Position numbers and translations under genes: made by a program. A model generated the notes under the pieces. It saw only the letters and a program-made list of their open reading frames with translations. It was not told where the DNA came from and made no database searches. Positions 1 through 12,169 of a stretch of DNA of 64,000 nucleotides are shown one piece after another (within the stretch, counting starts at the first letter, position 1; each line of letters starts with the position of its first letter). The stretch lies in NCBI GenBank assembly GCA_973895155.1, contig OZ316891.1:1851324-1915323 (forward strand), in the 5' to 3' direction. Source of the stretch: Marsupella aquatica (lineage: Eukaryota > Plantae > Marchantiophyta).

Positions 1-590
1 AAGTGGACCTATGCACATCGTTACTACCTACCTGATCATGATCAACTGTTGGAGTACTCGCAAGCGGAGGCAGAAGCCTTTTTGGAGAGACTCCATGAGT
101 GCGCACAAAAGGAGGTGCAACAATTTTTTGACGGTCAGGAGAGTCAAACTAGTTTCAACGAGTACCGTATTAAACTTGTAAAATTGACGAGTTTAGCACA
201 CGAACATTTTGAGCAATTTGTACAATACGTGGAGGATGGAAGCGCGTGAGCAGATATACGGGAAAGTTTAAACGAAGGTGACACGTTATACAAAGGTGTC
301 AGGACGTACTCCTCAAAAAAGGGGTCCAGTACCTGGCTCTCAACGCTGATCTGTGAGCAATCCGGTATAAAAGTGCCCGAGGCTTTACCAGAAGTCCATA
401 GCGGAGTCTGCCCCTCTGGACCGTCCAACTAATACTGGGACTTATACACGAACGCTTGGGTTAATTAGGAATTCGACAGCTTTGTCGATCGTGAGCTTCT
501 CAGCTGTCACAAGCAGGCTCACGCGATGTATAGCAAACTCAAGGACGGCCCTATTCGGCAGCGACTAAAAGCTTTGCAGGATCTAGTTTA
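1..590 (+). pseudogene. 3' part of an ARIADNE-type RBR E3 ligase copy (Ariadne domain), continuing upstream of the window
   Basis: Reads KWTYAHRYY...EYSQAEAEAFLERLHECAQKE...KLVKLTSLAHEHFE, matching the Ariadne helical domain. Stop at 247-249. Paralogous to 27806-28380. Confidence 0.8.
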
Positions 591-1197
591 ATTTGCATCC
601 GTAGCCTTGCATCTTGTATACATGACCGCTAGAGAACTGCTCCGGACCCACTCTGCTAGTTGTAAGCTGCCAAACCAAATTATGGCTTAGAATATATATA
701 TGGTTAAATATGACTAGTTAGAGCCGTTAGAGCCGATTCTGATGCATTTTTTGATTGTCGGTATGAACACAAATGATCGTGCCTGTGATGATCTCTGATC
801 AATTCGCGTAGCCATTTTTATCGTTTGTTATGACACGTAAACAATCTCATATAACTAAGTGACTTACCATCCAGATACTGGTAGGCTCTCACTTTTGTCC
901 GTCCTGTTTGCTACTGAATTGAATACAAAATTTAGATGTCTGCTTTTGAATATCAGTCATGGCTCAAATTGGATTGATGAAAAGGAGTAGGGTGGTCATC
1001 CTTATAGTTTGGTCAATTCTCATGCTAGGGCCGAAAACGCTAAATTAAAGCTCTTGGGAATCCTTGTATTGCAACTTACTTTTGACTAAAGGTGTTCTCT
1101 AAGGTGCTCACCCTTTTAGAGGGAGAGAAAAACTGATAGGGCAATGCTTAATTAGCACTACAGGTATAGATCTCTTGTTGCTTTCATATGCAAATGC
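1..1197 (+). repeat. Direct segmental duplication, copy 1 (partner 27806-28968)
   Basis: Collinear similarity from aagtggacctatgcacatc to tttcatatgcaaatgca, including the 3' non-coding flank. Confidence 0.9.
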
Positions 1198-1201
1198 ATA
1201 T

Positions 1202-2702
1202 GCCACTTCTGTGTGATCAATGCCTATTCGTCTAAGTCTCTCTTCTCACAGGGCCACCGACCACATCATTCAGAAGGCCGTCTTTTACACTCTCGATCGT
1301 GAGTTTTCATACCCTGTAGTGCTTGTCATCTGGTGGTTCCGTGATCGAAGAGCATGTAGTCTCGTATAATAATTCGTCCTTGCTATTTCTGGGTGAAGTC
1401 ATTGACCGTCAAGTGCTTACAGACTTTCTCCAGAATGCTCGACGAGAACTGCAATCTGTTGGCTCGTAAAAGGGGGTCTCAAAGCTTGAAAATTATGGAT
1501 AAGGGCATTAACTCCTATAATACACAGTTGCGTCACTTTTTGAAGTGATAGTCATTCAAATTTGGAGAGGCTTTTTGAGTGAAAGAAAAGGGAACTGGAA
1601 AAAGAGAAAGGAATAAGAGAAAATAATTATGTTTTCAAATTTGGAGAGGCTTTTTGAGTGAAAGAAAAGGGAACTGGAAAAAGAGAAAGGAATACTTAAG
1701 AGAAAATATTATGTTTTGTGTGAACACTCTTTTTCAAGGAAGAAAAGTACAAGTATTCCCCTTTACCATCCATGCTACCCCATGCTCCTCCCTCTACCAT
1801 CCATGCCACATCATCCATGCAAAGGTAATGCTGCATCTTGACATCAATCATGAGAGGAGTTTAATCACAAATATTTTACATAATCAAGAAAATAGTGCAC
1901 AATCTAATCAATGAGACATAGACAAGACGAGAAAAATAGTGAAAATTTAAAGGACGGTTTTAAAAGATATAAATAATTCCAAAAACAATTAAAAAATCAT
2001 TCTCATTTTGTTGTACTTTGCTGGTGGTTGTCGCCTCTCTTTGTGTCATGAAACTGCCTCTCTTTGTGTCATAAAATCTTTCACTCGACCAATTGTTAAT
2101 TTTATGCAATAAGAGCTTTCTAACAAAGATATGTTTCGCACCATGATTTTTTCAACTACATAAAATCTTTAGCACAATGTCATATATTAAGCATTGATGT
2201 CTTTTGCCAAACAATATCTTTTAGTAAACTACTTCTTTTGTGCAAAGACATCTTTCGAGCAACTACATATTTTACTTAACGATATCTTTTTTTTAACAAT
2301 ATTGTAAATGCAATGATGTATTTACGCAACAACACTTTGTGCAATGGAGACTTGACAACATATATGATTGACTAACAACGTCAATTTACTTAGGGACCAT
2401 TTTGTACTTAACAACAACTTAGTTTATACTTAACAACATCTTTTCTCTTATCGACATCTTGGGCGTAGTGACATCTTTTGTCTCAACGACATTGCAACAT
2501 GACATGATCTTTTCTCTTAACAACATCTTTTTTCTTAACGACATCTTTGGTGACACAACATCTTTTCTCTTAACGACATCTTGGGCGTCACGTCATCTTT
2601 TGTGCAACGCACGGGTATTGAGCTCGTTTGGCCATAAAGAAATGGTCATAAATTTTTCCTTTCACAAGCATTTATAGTGACTAATGGTAATGGCATAGGA
2701 CC
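1202..2702. repeat. Left arm (1202-1507 plus 2627-2702) of a roughly 0.4 kb inverted repeat; partner 10670-11082
   Basis: gccacttctgtgtgatc...aaaattatggat and tttggccataaagaaatggtcata...ggcataggacc are near-exact reverse complements of 10670-11082. Confidence 0.9.
1508..2626 (+). mobile_element. Non-autonomous Helitron-like insertion
   Basis: Interrupts the inverted-repeat arm at an A|T with no TSD (empty site gagtgca|tttggcc in the other arm). The 5' end is ttaactcctataata. The 3' end gtgcaacgcacgggtattgagctcg resembles the plant Helitron hairpin plus a degenerate CTAG. Confidence 0.7.
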
Positions 2703-3424
2703 AATCCTTCTTGCAAAAAGTTATGGACTACCAATTTTGTAGTCTCTAACATTTTGTGTCCAAAACCCAATACTAGCACTTAAAGTCCATGAAGTTTTCA
2801 GCCCCTAGTGAGGACACGCCTAAGAGCATGATTGTAGAACAAAGAACAAAACAGGTGTCAGTGACTGATCTCTAGTAGCTAGGGGGTCCCAAATTTTCCC
2901 TTTCTTCCTCTACTCAATTTCAAAGACAAATTGCCAGAAAAAAGTGGCAGACATGGAAATGCGTGTCAGCACATGCCTGACTGGTGACCAAAAGTGATAG
3001 TTTTGGGCCAAATGTTTTTCTGCAAACTTCCCCGGGTTTAAAGTTTAGGGTTCCTGTTTCAACACCTCCTGGTTGAGGCTCTGTTGTTCCCTAGATGGTT
3101 TCATACCAGTGCATTTACATTCTGGTTATGTTGCTGCTCTCTTGGTACATTTATAAACCCTAATGCCAAATCACAATGTGACAGTAAAAGCACCTTGCAT
3201 AAGACATAAAAGCACCAAATCTGTCACAGGAAGCACTTTGACCTGCTCTATAAGGTGAACATTAGGCTTTTTACTTTTCATTTTTTGCTTTTTCTAGGCA
3301 AAACTGATGTGATTTACACATTAACTGGTATGAATCCCTCTTTGAAACTCACTGTTCTATTTTTGTGGGCAAAACTGATGTGATTCACACATTAACTGGT
3401 ATTCCCTCTTAATTTGAATGAAAG

Positions 3425-3711
3425 CTCGGGGGGTTGACTATCAAAAATCATAGGAACCACGTGCGATCCAAAATAGGTATTTTTCATAGAAATTAGCTAA
3501 ATTTTTAAAAAGCGTAGGAAGCAAAAGAAGGTATTATAGACCAATATTTATAGAATATTCTTTAATATATACTTTTTATAAAGTAAAATAGGTCATTAAT
3601 ATTGAAAATAGAGAACATTTTTGGAATATTCCCATTATAAAATAGGTGTGTTTATATTAGGCTAGGATCGCACGTGGTACCCCAAAATATACACTAAGTT
3701 AACCCCCCAAG
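3425..3711. mobile_element. MITE, 8-bp TSD family
   Basis: TIRs ctcggggggttgact / agttaaccccccaag. Perfect TSD aatgaaag. Internal inverted repeat ccacgtgcgatcc / ggatcgcacgtgg. Confidence 0.85.
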
Positions 3712-5078
3712 AATGAAAGCAAACGCATTTTCTCATTCTCTCTTTCAGTGCAAGAGTTTTTTGTTGCTCTACTCAAGCACAGGTTATGGACCAGTTTAAG
3801 AATAATTATTGAGGTGTCATACACTTTCATTGTTTCTTACTTGCTTTCTAGTCTATGTGATTTTCCTGTCAGTACATAGCATTTATAGTCTATGTGATTT
3901 TCCTGTCAGTACATGATCATGGTCTTCCCTCATTTTTTGCATCAGGATTTGTTTTGCACCACTTGATTGCTCTGGAAAGAGCAGCATGTATTGGGGGCTG
4001 AGATGGGCAGTGTAGAGAGCCCCAACTAAGATAACTGGGGAGCATTCCTTGATGTCAATTTAAGGCACACTACCATGTTGCCATTAAACAAAGATACTTA
4101 GGCCAAAAACCCAATCAATGGAGAACAGGGAAAACTAAGGCCAATAAGCCAAAAAAAGACAAGGGCAGGAGCCCTGCACAAGAAAAACCACCTACGCAAA
4201 CTCTACCCTAGCTACCTATCTGTAAACTGAAAAGCCTGGTAAAGCTAAGGCATAAAAGCCCATAGAGGCATGACTTTGTGGTAGCTCACTTGAATAAAGA
4301 CTGACAAGTCTTGGGTTCAACTATTGTGGCTGACTCTTCCCTTTTTGTGGGGTTTCACAGATTTCCTAAAAACATTTACACCAAAGCTCAGGAATAAATT
4401 GTATAGGAGGGTCAAGCAATGGAATCCAACTAGATGCCCAAAATCCAACACTCAACCTCTCCCCTCACATTTAGGTCTGAAAAGTACTTAGTAGTGAGAT
4501 TCTCTGGCAAAATTGAAGAGAATTTGGAAAGGGATTGGCTATTTTTCCTTTTGATGCCCAGATTGGCTACTTTTGAAGTGCGTGACAGATTTTATAGGTT
4601 TGCACCTAGTTCAATGTGATCTAGAATATGAATCTGATTCCATTTTACTCTATAATGAGCCATCCAGCCAAACGGGGGCAGAGTTAGTTTTCTCAAAACT
4701 TGCTTGCATTGTTTACTTATCTCAATTATATAGAATCTAATAGAACACTGGACGAGCTAGGAGCCCTTTACGCTTTCTTTTTGTTGTTGTAGATGATGTG
4801 GAGTATTATGTGCCTGTCCCCTCTGGTGCTTGGACTTAGTTGTTTTAGGTTGCCCAATTCTGGAGGCCTTCCCGGTCTTGCTTTGGCCTCGTACAACTCT
4901 TGGTACAACTTTGTTTTAGTGCAAGGTTTGCTCTCCCCTTTGTGCTTGCTTCCCCTCATCCGTGGGGTTTACACGGAATTACTTATAAATGTTTTAAAGA
5001 AAATTCATAAAAATAAAATAAAACACTAGAGAGGCCCATCAAGTCCTTCCCAAGTCCTTTTGTCAAGGCCAATTTGCC

Positions 5079-5373
5079 CTTGGGGTTTCACTTCCATAGA
5101 ATAGGTACATCACGTGCAACAAAGAATATGGTAGTTTTATTGGTTTTAAAGGATGACTTAGAAATTTTTGTGGAACAATTTTAGGGTCTTTTAAATCCAA
5201 TTTGGAGTCTTGGAAAAACTTTAGGGTACTTTTAATCAAAATTTTGGAATATTCCAACTTTATAGGGTTTCAAAAATAATAATTCTTTGCATTTTACGGG
5301 GTGCAGGGCTTAGAAATGTCACAGGTGATTTGGGGGGGGGGGGGCTTTATGTACACGTACTGAGACTCCTGAG
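5079..5373. mobile_element. MITE, 8-bp TSD family
   Basis: TIRs cttggggtttca / tgagactcctgag. Perfect TSD aatttgcc. Interior similar to the reverse complement of the MITE at 47702-47998. Confidence 0.85.
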
Positions 5374-6764
5374 AATTTGCCAGATTACAGTACTAGCTCA
5401 ACTGAGTGGGAGCTCAACACCCTATCTTGCACACAAGATGTTGAGCACAAGATGTAGTTGTGTAAAGATGACATTAATGAGTAAAAAAATGTAGTTGCCG
5501 AAGTGATGTTGTTGTGCAAAATTGTAAAATAAGAGTAGTTGTTGTCAAATAGAGGTGAAAATTAGTGGAAAATAGTGTCTTTAAAGACTAAAATGAGGAC
5601 TGAAATATAAGTCATTTGTACCAATATATGACTAGAGCTTTTCTGTCATACCTGCCTCGTCTTTTAGGACAGTCAATTACGACAAATGATTAAAACTCTT
5701 ATCAGTCATTTATGGTAGTCCTAAATGACACAATATTTCAGAAATGACATGGTGAACACGTTGACGGACCAAACGAGAAGTGTGACAGGCTTCTCGTTTG
5801 GGCCACCCCAAATTTGTTCTAAGTGTAAAACGCAATGTGATACAAACCAAAATTTCCTACAAAATCAAACATTTCCAAGCGCAAAATCAAAACATCTCAA
5901 ACTTTGACTAGTGAACCTTACGAAACGAGATAAAATGACATTTTGTATCACCAAGTTTTATGGAGGCAACACAAAATATGATACGGGGCATCATATTTCA
6001 CATGCCTAACAAGTAAATTTGGTGTGATTTCTTTATCAGTAGAGAATATTCTAAAAGGATACCAACTATGGTCAAGTTAACCCATTAAGAATTGTATGAT
6101 GGTAAAACTTAACTCGACCACGGTACAAACTAAACTAAGTTGAATCTGAAAACCACCACAACAAATAATTAGCTTCACAATTTTGTTTTGTGCCCTCTAA
6201 CCCATGTTGCTCCTTCCTCAATGTCAACAGTTGTCCATACAAACCCGGATTCAAAAAGGCCATGACTAAAATGCTAGTAGTTATCCTCACTTATCCTCCT
6301 TTCCTCACTTTTAAACCCAAATCTGATTCTTCATATCACATTTCAGATTCTTAACATTTGTTACTTACTATTCATAGCTTGATTGGTTTTTCACTAAGCA
6401 ACAAAATAAAGAAATGATTTGGTTTCCAGAATTTTGAGAGCACTATGATCCAGGTATCATGGTTTGGATTATACTCAATGTTTTGTTTCTAGTGACAGAT
6501 AGACTGACCAGGTGTTTTGATAGGAGGTTTTTTTGTGTTCGCAAGAATTCTGATCCGTGTATCACGATTGTAATTCCTTTCAAGGTTTGGAGGATTAGAA
6601 AATAATTTAAAGCATGTTTTTGAAGATGTGTTTTTGAGTTTGGGAACCCACTGATCCAAGGATCACAGATTGAATTCCTCCCATTGTTTTGTGGGCTAGA
6701 AAATCATTTTTATTTTCAATGGGTAGTTTTGTGTATCGGCAACAATCCATGATCCGGTTGACCT

Positions 6765-6866
6765 CGAGGTGCTGCTATCATTGCAAGTTTTATTTTAATA
6801 ATTTCTTTTGGTACACTTTTTTCAATTAATAAAATTCAATCATGGAAGGAGAATTTTGACAAATAA
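6765..6866 (+). pseudogene. cysT: cysT C-terminal fragment (plastid-derived)
   Basis: RGAAIIASFILIISFGTLFSINKIQSWKENFDK*, the last transmembrane helix of CysT. Confidence 0.75.
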
Positions 6867-6958
6867 CGATACCGAATGTAACTAAAATGTAACTAGAATA
6901 TAATTAAAAAGTGATTAACGAAACACATCTCTTAATCACTTTTTAGCTACATTTTTTT

Positions 6959-7032
6959 TATGAGTAGTGGGATCCGAACCCACGACTTGTATCACCCAAG
7001 CATGGTGCGTTACCAAAACGTGCTATACCCTG
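6959..7032 (-). tRNA. trnP-GGG: Degenerate plastid trnP-GGG (pseudo-tRNA)
   Basis: Contains TAGC..TTTGGTA D-arm, TT-GGG-TG loop and GGTTCGGATCC T-arm, at the syntenic position between cysT and trnL. Stems are imperfect. Confidence 0.6.
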
Positions 7033-7113
7033 TTTATTCTTGAATCCAATAGTTGGATCTATGAATCTTTCAGAGATTGTTTAATACAATATATATTAAT
7101 ATAATATATTGTA

Positions 7114-7193
7114 GCCGTTATGGTGAAATTGGTAGACACGTTGCTCTTAGGAAGCAATGCTAGCGCATCCCGGTTCGAATCCGGGTAGCGGCA
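7114..7193 (+). tRNA. trnL-UAG: Plastid-derived tRNA-Leu(UAG)
   Basis: GCCGTTATGGTGAAATTGGTAGACACG-TTGCT-CTTAGGA-AGCAA...GGTTCGAATCC...GCGGCA. Confidence 0.93.
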
Positions 7194-7350
7194 CAAAAAA
7201 CATATTTTTTTCTATCAGGTAATTATCTATATGGGAAAAAGTTTTTGTAAAATCTTTGGACTTTTACATTAGTAATTTATAATCAAATTATAGGATATTT
7301 GGGTTAATGGACTCTAGGAAAAAATCTAAACAACTTTTGAATCTTCAATT

Positions 7351-7840
7351 ATGAAATTTACGATTTTGGAAGAACTTTTGGCGCATATTTCTTTCCTTCT
7401 CTTATTCTGTGTTACCTTAATTTATTGGGGGAAATTTGTATACATAAATAATGAGAGATTTAATCTTATAGGAAAAATAGGCATGATAATTGTTTCTTCG
7501 TTCATAACACTATTTCTTTCAATTTGATGGATTCTTTCGAAACATTTTCCTTTAAGTAATTTATATGAATCATCAATGTTTCTTTCTTGGGGTTTAACAT
7601 TGATTCATTCCATTTTGGAAAATAGAACAAAAACTAATTGGTTAGGGATAATAACCGCTCCAAGTGCGATGTTAGCTCATGGGTTTGCTACTTTAAGTCT
7701 ACCCAAGGAAATGCAACAATCCCTTCCCTTGGTCCCCGCTTCACAATCGCATTGGTTAATGATGCATGTAACTACAATGATATTAAGTTATTCTGCACTT
7801 TTATGTGGATCCTTGTTGGCAATAGCTTTATGGATTGTTA
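7351..7840 (+). pseudogene. ccsA: ccsA 5' half (cytochrome c biogenesis), truncated, with an internal stop
   Basis: [16 protein letters not shown]...[27 protein letters not shown]. In-frame TGA at about 7525. Ends at the inversion junction. Confidence 0.9.
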
Positions 7841-8573
7841 CCGAAATTACTAAATCTTTCATTGGAATATTAGATGCTATCAAGACTATTGATCCATATT
7901 CTCCCAACGCTCTTGAAAATCCCAGCGTTGTTCCCGTCAGTAATGACGGAATTAATGGTGGGAATAGAATATGCCAAAATGTTGTCCAAGATGATGCCCC
8001 TAAACATTGTGCAGCCTCCTCAGGTTCTTTCTCCATATTTTGGAGAACGGGTTGTATAGTACGTACAACAAAAGGCATAGATACAAAAATCATAGCTATA
8101 AGAACTCCCAATGGACCAAAAACTATTCTTATACCTAACAAAGAAAAAATAGGTTTTAACCATCCTTTATCACTAAATACAGTCATTAGAGTTAATCCAC
8201 CCACAGAAGTTGGAAGAGCAAATGGGAGATCTACAGTAGCATCTAAAAATTTCTTTCCGGGAAATTCATATCTTACTAAAACCCAAGCAAGTATTAGTCC
8301 AAATAATGCATTTATTATTGTTGCTGATAATGCGGTTAAGAATGTGAAGCTATAAACAAATAAAATTATGGGTTCCGTAGTAATTCGTAGTAGTGTATCC
8401 CAGGATTGTTGTTTAGTTGTGTATAACAAAATAGATATGGGCAAAACTAGTATGAAAATACCATAATGTAATGCTAAGGATAATACAACTTTGAATTTTG
8501 CTAGGAATCGTATTTTTCCCTTAGTAATTATAAATAGTATAAAGGGAGTGATAAAGAAAATTTGAATCATCAT
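7838..8573 (-). pseudogene. cysT: Plastid sulfate ABC transporter permease CysT, lacking its C-terminus at this position
   Basis: [28 protein letters not shown]...[12 protein letters not shown]...[26 protein letters not shown]. Confidence 0.93.
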
Positions 8574-8729
8574 TTTCTAATTGGCTGCAAAAAATGTAGT
8601 TAAACCTCTTTTTTTTTCCTTATCATATTATTTCCATCCGCAAATTCACGTTATAATTTATCCAATTTTAGAAGTATTGAATAAATGTAATTTCTGTGAA
8701 AAAACTTTAATTATATTTTACTATCTATA

Positions 8730-8930
8730 TCATTTCGCATCGGTTGAATAATATTCTGGGGGGTCGGCTACTTCACGATTTACTGCGTAATAATAATTTT
8801 TTGAACGATCCGTCAAAATAGATTTAGCTAAAGAAAAATCTTTTAATGCTATTTTGTTGGCCTTACCCTTCCAAATACTTCCGCGAATTTTCGTCTTCAA
8901 TTTCAAAGTGCATTTTTTTGGAACTGCCAT
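8730..8930 (-). pseudogene. rpl32: Plastid ribosomal protein L32 (NUPT copy)
   Basis: MAVPKK.T.K.KTKIR..IWKGKA...FSLAKSILT. Confidence 0.9.
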
Positions 8931-9054
8931 GATGAAGAATACCTCATTAGTAATGATTTAATAAGAAAATTTTGTATCTTTCTGTTTCTCGGTCATAAAA
9001 AAATAAAAAATTTATTGATTAACAACTTTATATTTAAAAATCTATTTACGCATC

Positions 9055-9388
9055 TTATTCGTACATATCCTCTCCATTTAGGAAGATGGAATCGACAACA
9101 AATCGTGTTGATTTTTGTCTATGACCCAATTTACGTCGTGTTTTCTTTTTCAAAACCATTTTATAAATTAAAACCTTTATTTCAAGATAAGAGTGAAGAA
9201 TTTGGCCTTTAATGACAGCACCCTTTAACCACGGGTGACCTATGTCTATATCCGATTTTTGACGAACCATCAAAACACGATAAATTAATATTCTGGTGTT
9301 CTGCTCTAATTTATTAGATGTTAATGAGACCAAATGACGAATATTATAAAATCTTCCAGGCTCGACTCGGAGTTGTTGACCTCCAGTT
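9055..9388 (-). pseudogene. rpl21: Plastid ribosomal protein L21, missing its first codons
   Basis: [14 protein letters not shown]...IGHPWLKGA...[21 protein letters not shown]. The native N-terminus is replaced at the NUPT border. Confidence 0.9.
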
Positions 9389-10183
9389 TGTTGATTTGAA
9401 TCGTGCAACAATGCCGTTTAGTACTTGTGGAGGTACAATGAGTGAGTCTTAGGTTAACCCGAAGTGAGTTAAAGTAACTGAATGTGGATGTAACTGCGCA
9501 GTTGCGTGGTAGTCCCGAAACCTTGGGTTCACATGACGATCAAATTTAGAGTTTTGGGTATATTTCAATTCATAAATTATTACCGTTATTTTGCATTGCT
9601 GTCAAACAACATTTGGGCAGGTTGCAAAAGTCAATTTGTAAACTGAATCCAAAATTTGATACGTGGTATCACTTTTGGTATGTGAAAAGTTAAGTGTACT
9701 GTTGCTCATCATAAAAAAAATAGTTTTTGGTCAAAATCTTGAGTTTGGAAACAATTGCAAAATTTTATCTAACACATTTTATTTTTCCAAATGTGAGTGT
9801 TCTAGTCTCTAGTCTCTCGCAAAAAATGACATCCAAATATTTGATTTCTAGATCATTAGTTTAGCTCCCAAAACGTCACTAGGCGCAATACAAAAACTGA
9901 TCCATTTCTATTTTTTTTCAAAAAAGTTTGTTTTAACAAAAAAACATGTTTTGTATCACCATTTTTTGCAAAATCTGAACAGGCTTCTCGTTTGGTGGTC
10001 ACACTTCTCGTTTGGTCCGTCAGCGTGTTGGTGTCCAAAATGAACGACCGTCAGTCATTTGTCCATTCTTTAATGACACATATTTAAACAAATTATATTA
10101 CAACAAGTGACAATTAAGCAAGCACGTATGGTTGTCATAATAAGTTATATAAGACATGTCGTAAATGACACAACAGTGAACCA

Positions 10184-10394
10184 TTTAGGGTGTCATACAG
10201 GGTGTCATAAAGGGTGACTGTCATTGAGGGTGTCATACAGGGTGTCATTGAGGGTGTCATTTAGGGTGTCATATAGGGTGTCATTCAGGGTGTCATTCAG
10301 GGTGTCATATAGGATGTCATTCAGGGTGTCATATAGGGTGTCATTTAGGGTGTCATACAAGATGTCATATCGGGTGTCATACAATAATGTCATA
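10184..10394. repeat. 12-bp minisatellite, consensus approximately TWYAGGGTGTCA
   Basis: About 16 tandem units of agggtgtcatnn. Confidence 0.9.
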
Positions 10395-10669
10395 CAGGAT
10401 GTTTCAAGTTTTATGGTTTATGGGAAGCTCACAATGTTGTATTCAAAATCACATATAATGAATCCACTTAAAACACTAAACTCACACATCACCTTATGTA
10501 CACATCATTCATAATGATATTGAAAAATTCAAAATCCAACATTCACAAGCTCTGATATAGAATGATTGAAAAAACATAAGTCTTTATGATGAAGAGATAT
10601 ATAGAAAGAGATATATAGAAAGTTCACATTTTACACTTGCATGAGTTAAACAATGGTAACCAACATTCA

Positions 10670-11082
10670 GGTCCTATGCCATTACCATTAGTCACTATAA
10701 AAGGCTTGTGAAAGGAAAAACAAAAAAAAAACTTTTCCATAAATCTTGTGAAAAATTTATGACCATTTCTTTATGGCCAAATGCACTCATCCATAATTTT
10801 CAAGCTTTGAGACCCCCTTTTACGATCCAACAGATTGCAGTTCTCGTCGAGCATTCTGGAGAAAGTCTGTAAGCACTTGACGGTCAATGACTTCACCCAG
10901 AAATAGCACGGACGAATTATTATACGAGACTACATGCTCTTCGATCATGGAACCACCGGATGACAAGAACTACAAGGTATGAAAACTCGGGATCGAGAGA
11001 AGACGGCCTTCTGAATGATGTGGTCGATGGCCCCGTGAGAAGAGAGACTTAGACGAATAGGCATCGATCACACAGAAGTGGC
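10670..11082. repeat. Right arm of the long inverted repeat
   Basis: Reverse complement of 1202-1507 plus 2627-2702. Confidence 0.9.
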
Positions 11083-12169
11083 GCCCTGTTTGGCAAGGGC
11101 GGACCAGACGACATCTGCTGCAGAGATAATGCGTTTCTTGTATTCCTGATGGCCCACCATGTAAAGCACCTGGTTCATTACTGAATCCATTTACTACGAT
11201 TTATAATTTCTTATGGCCCACGACTCTGAGCTTACTCAAGCTCGTGTGGAATTGCAACAGTATTCCGAGGTTTGGGCCCTACTCCATGGATCTCGGACCA
11301 TGCCCGTTGAAAGTTGAGTTACGGTATTGATGAACTTGAATGATAAATACGATACTCAAATGTGAAGAGAACCTGTCCAAACTGGTACCGGTCAGAAGGT
11401 GCGCTTCGTAGTTTTCAAGTTGCGATAAGTCTTACCTGCTATGTTTTAGTACACCTGTGCACTATTATCTGAAAAGAATATTGCCCGGGACGATGAAGCT
11501 CACGTATAACTCTAGCGGAATGAACAAAATGTCAGGAAGGACGGTTCAATCGCTGCAGCTGTTCGTGACCTAAGCGTTTCCAGTACTAACGCATGGGACT
11601 GAGCCCTACAGCTTATGTCGTACTCCCAGAAGAAGTACACGAGTCACAATGTGTTGGGAGTGACTAAAAGAAGGGAAAGGTTACAATGAAGATCGCACTC
11701 TGCTCTGGTCTCTGGTTTCGATGTAAGACAAGGCGTGGAACATTTACCGGCACGAAAGGAAAAGTTAGTGTACCTAATTGGTTCAAACAACCTTATCAAA
11801 CCTCCATGAAACAGAGACTCCAGCAATAACCCTTACTGACACTTCTTGACATCACATAACTTGATGCTTCGCGTTATTGCATAGCGAAGATCAGAGACCT
11901 GAAGATGATATGCTTTGCAGATGTTTTCATATGAATTTTCCTGCCCACCAGTTGGGTTTACAGAAGTAATCTTCAAAGGCTCAACTGCCGAACATCCCCT
12001 TCACCAAGGAATATTCAGTTGAAGGGTTAAGTAATCTATACACTGTCCAACCAAACGAGTCCAATCAAAACAATTGTGGACAGAATGGAAGAACCCAAGA
12101 ACTATACTTCTAAGTCCCAAAAATTGGAGGCTGTTCACCTTCACTAACCTACTAAGTATGTTCTCTGCC

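Larger units (their letters stand above)
6765..9388. other. NUPT: plastid small-single-copy region fragment in two oppositely oriented pieces
   Basis: cysT 3' end, trnP, trnL and ccsA 5' on the + strand, joined near 7840 to cysT 5', rpl32 and rpl21 on the - strand. Very AT-rich. Confidence 0.92.
5755..10029. mobile_element. Non-autonomous TIR element (32-bp TIR, 4-bp TSD) containing plastid DNA
   Basis: AACACGYTGACGGACCAAACGAGAAGTGTGAC at 5755-5786 and inverted at 9998-10029 (31/32 match). Flanked by GGTG on both sides. Subterminal motifs cttctcgtttgg and ttttgtatcacca at both ends. Confidence 0.8.

Noticed and set aside
7576-8355. 259-aa ORF resembling a novel ccsA fusion
   Set aside because: Its C-terminal part is the antisense of cysT across the inversion junction, and ccsA has an upstream stop.
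10205-10514. Repetitive ORFs (LYDT/LNDT and VSYR/VSFR)
   Set aside because: These are translations of the 12-bp minisatellite.
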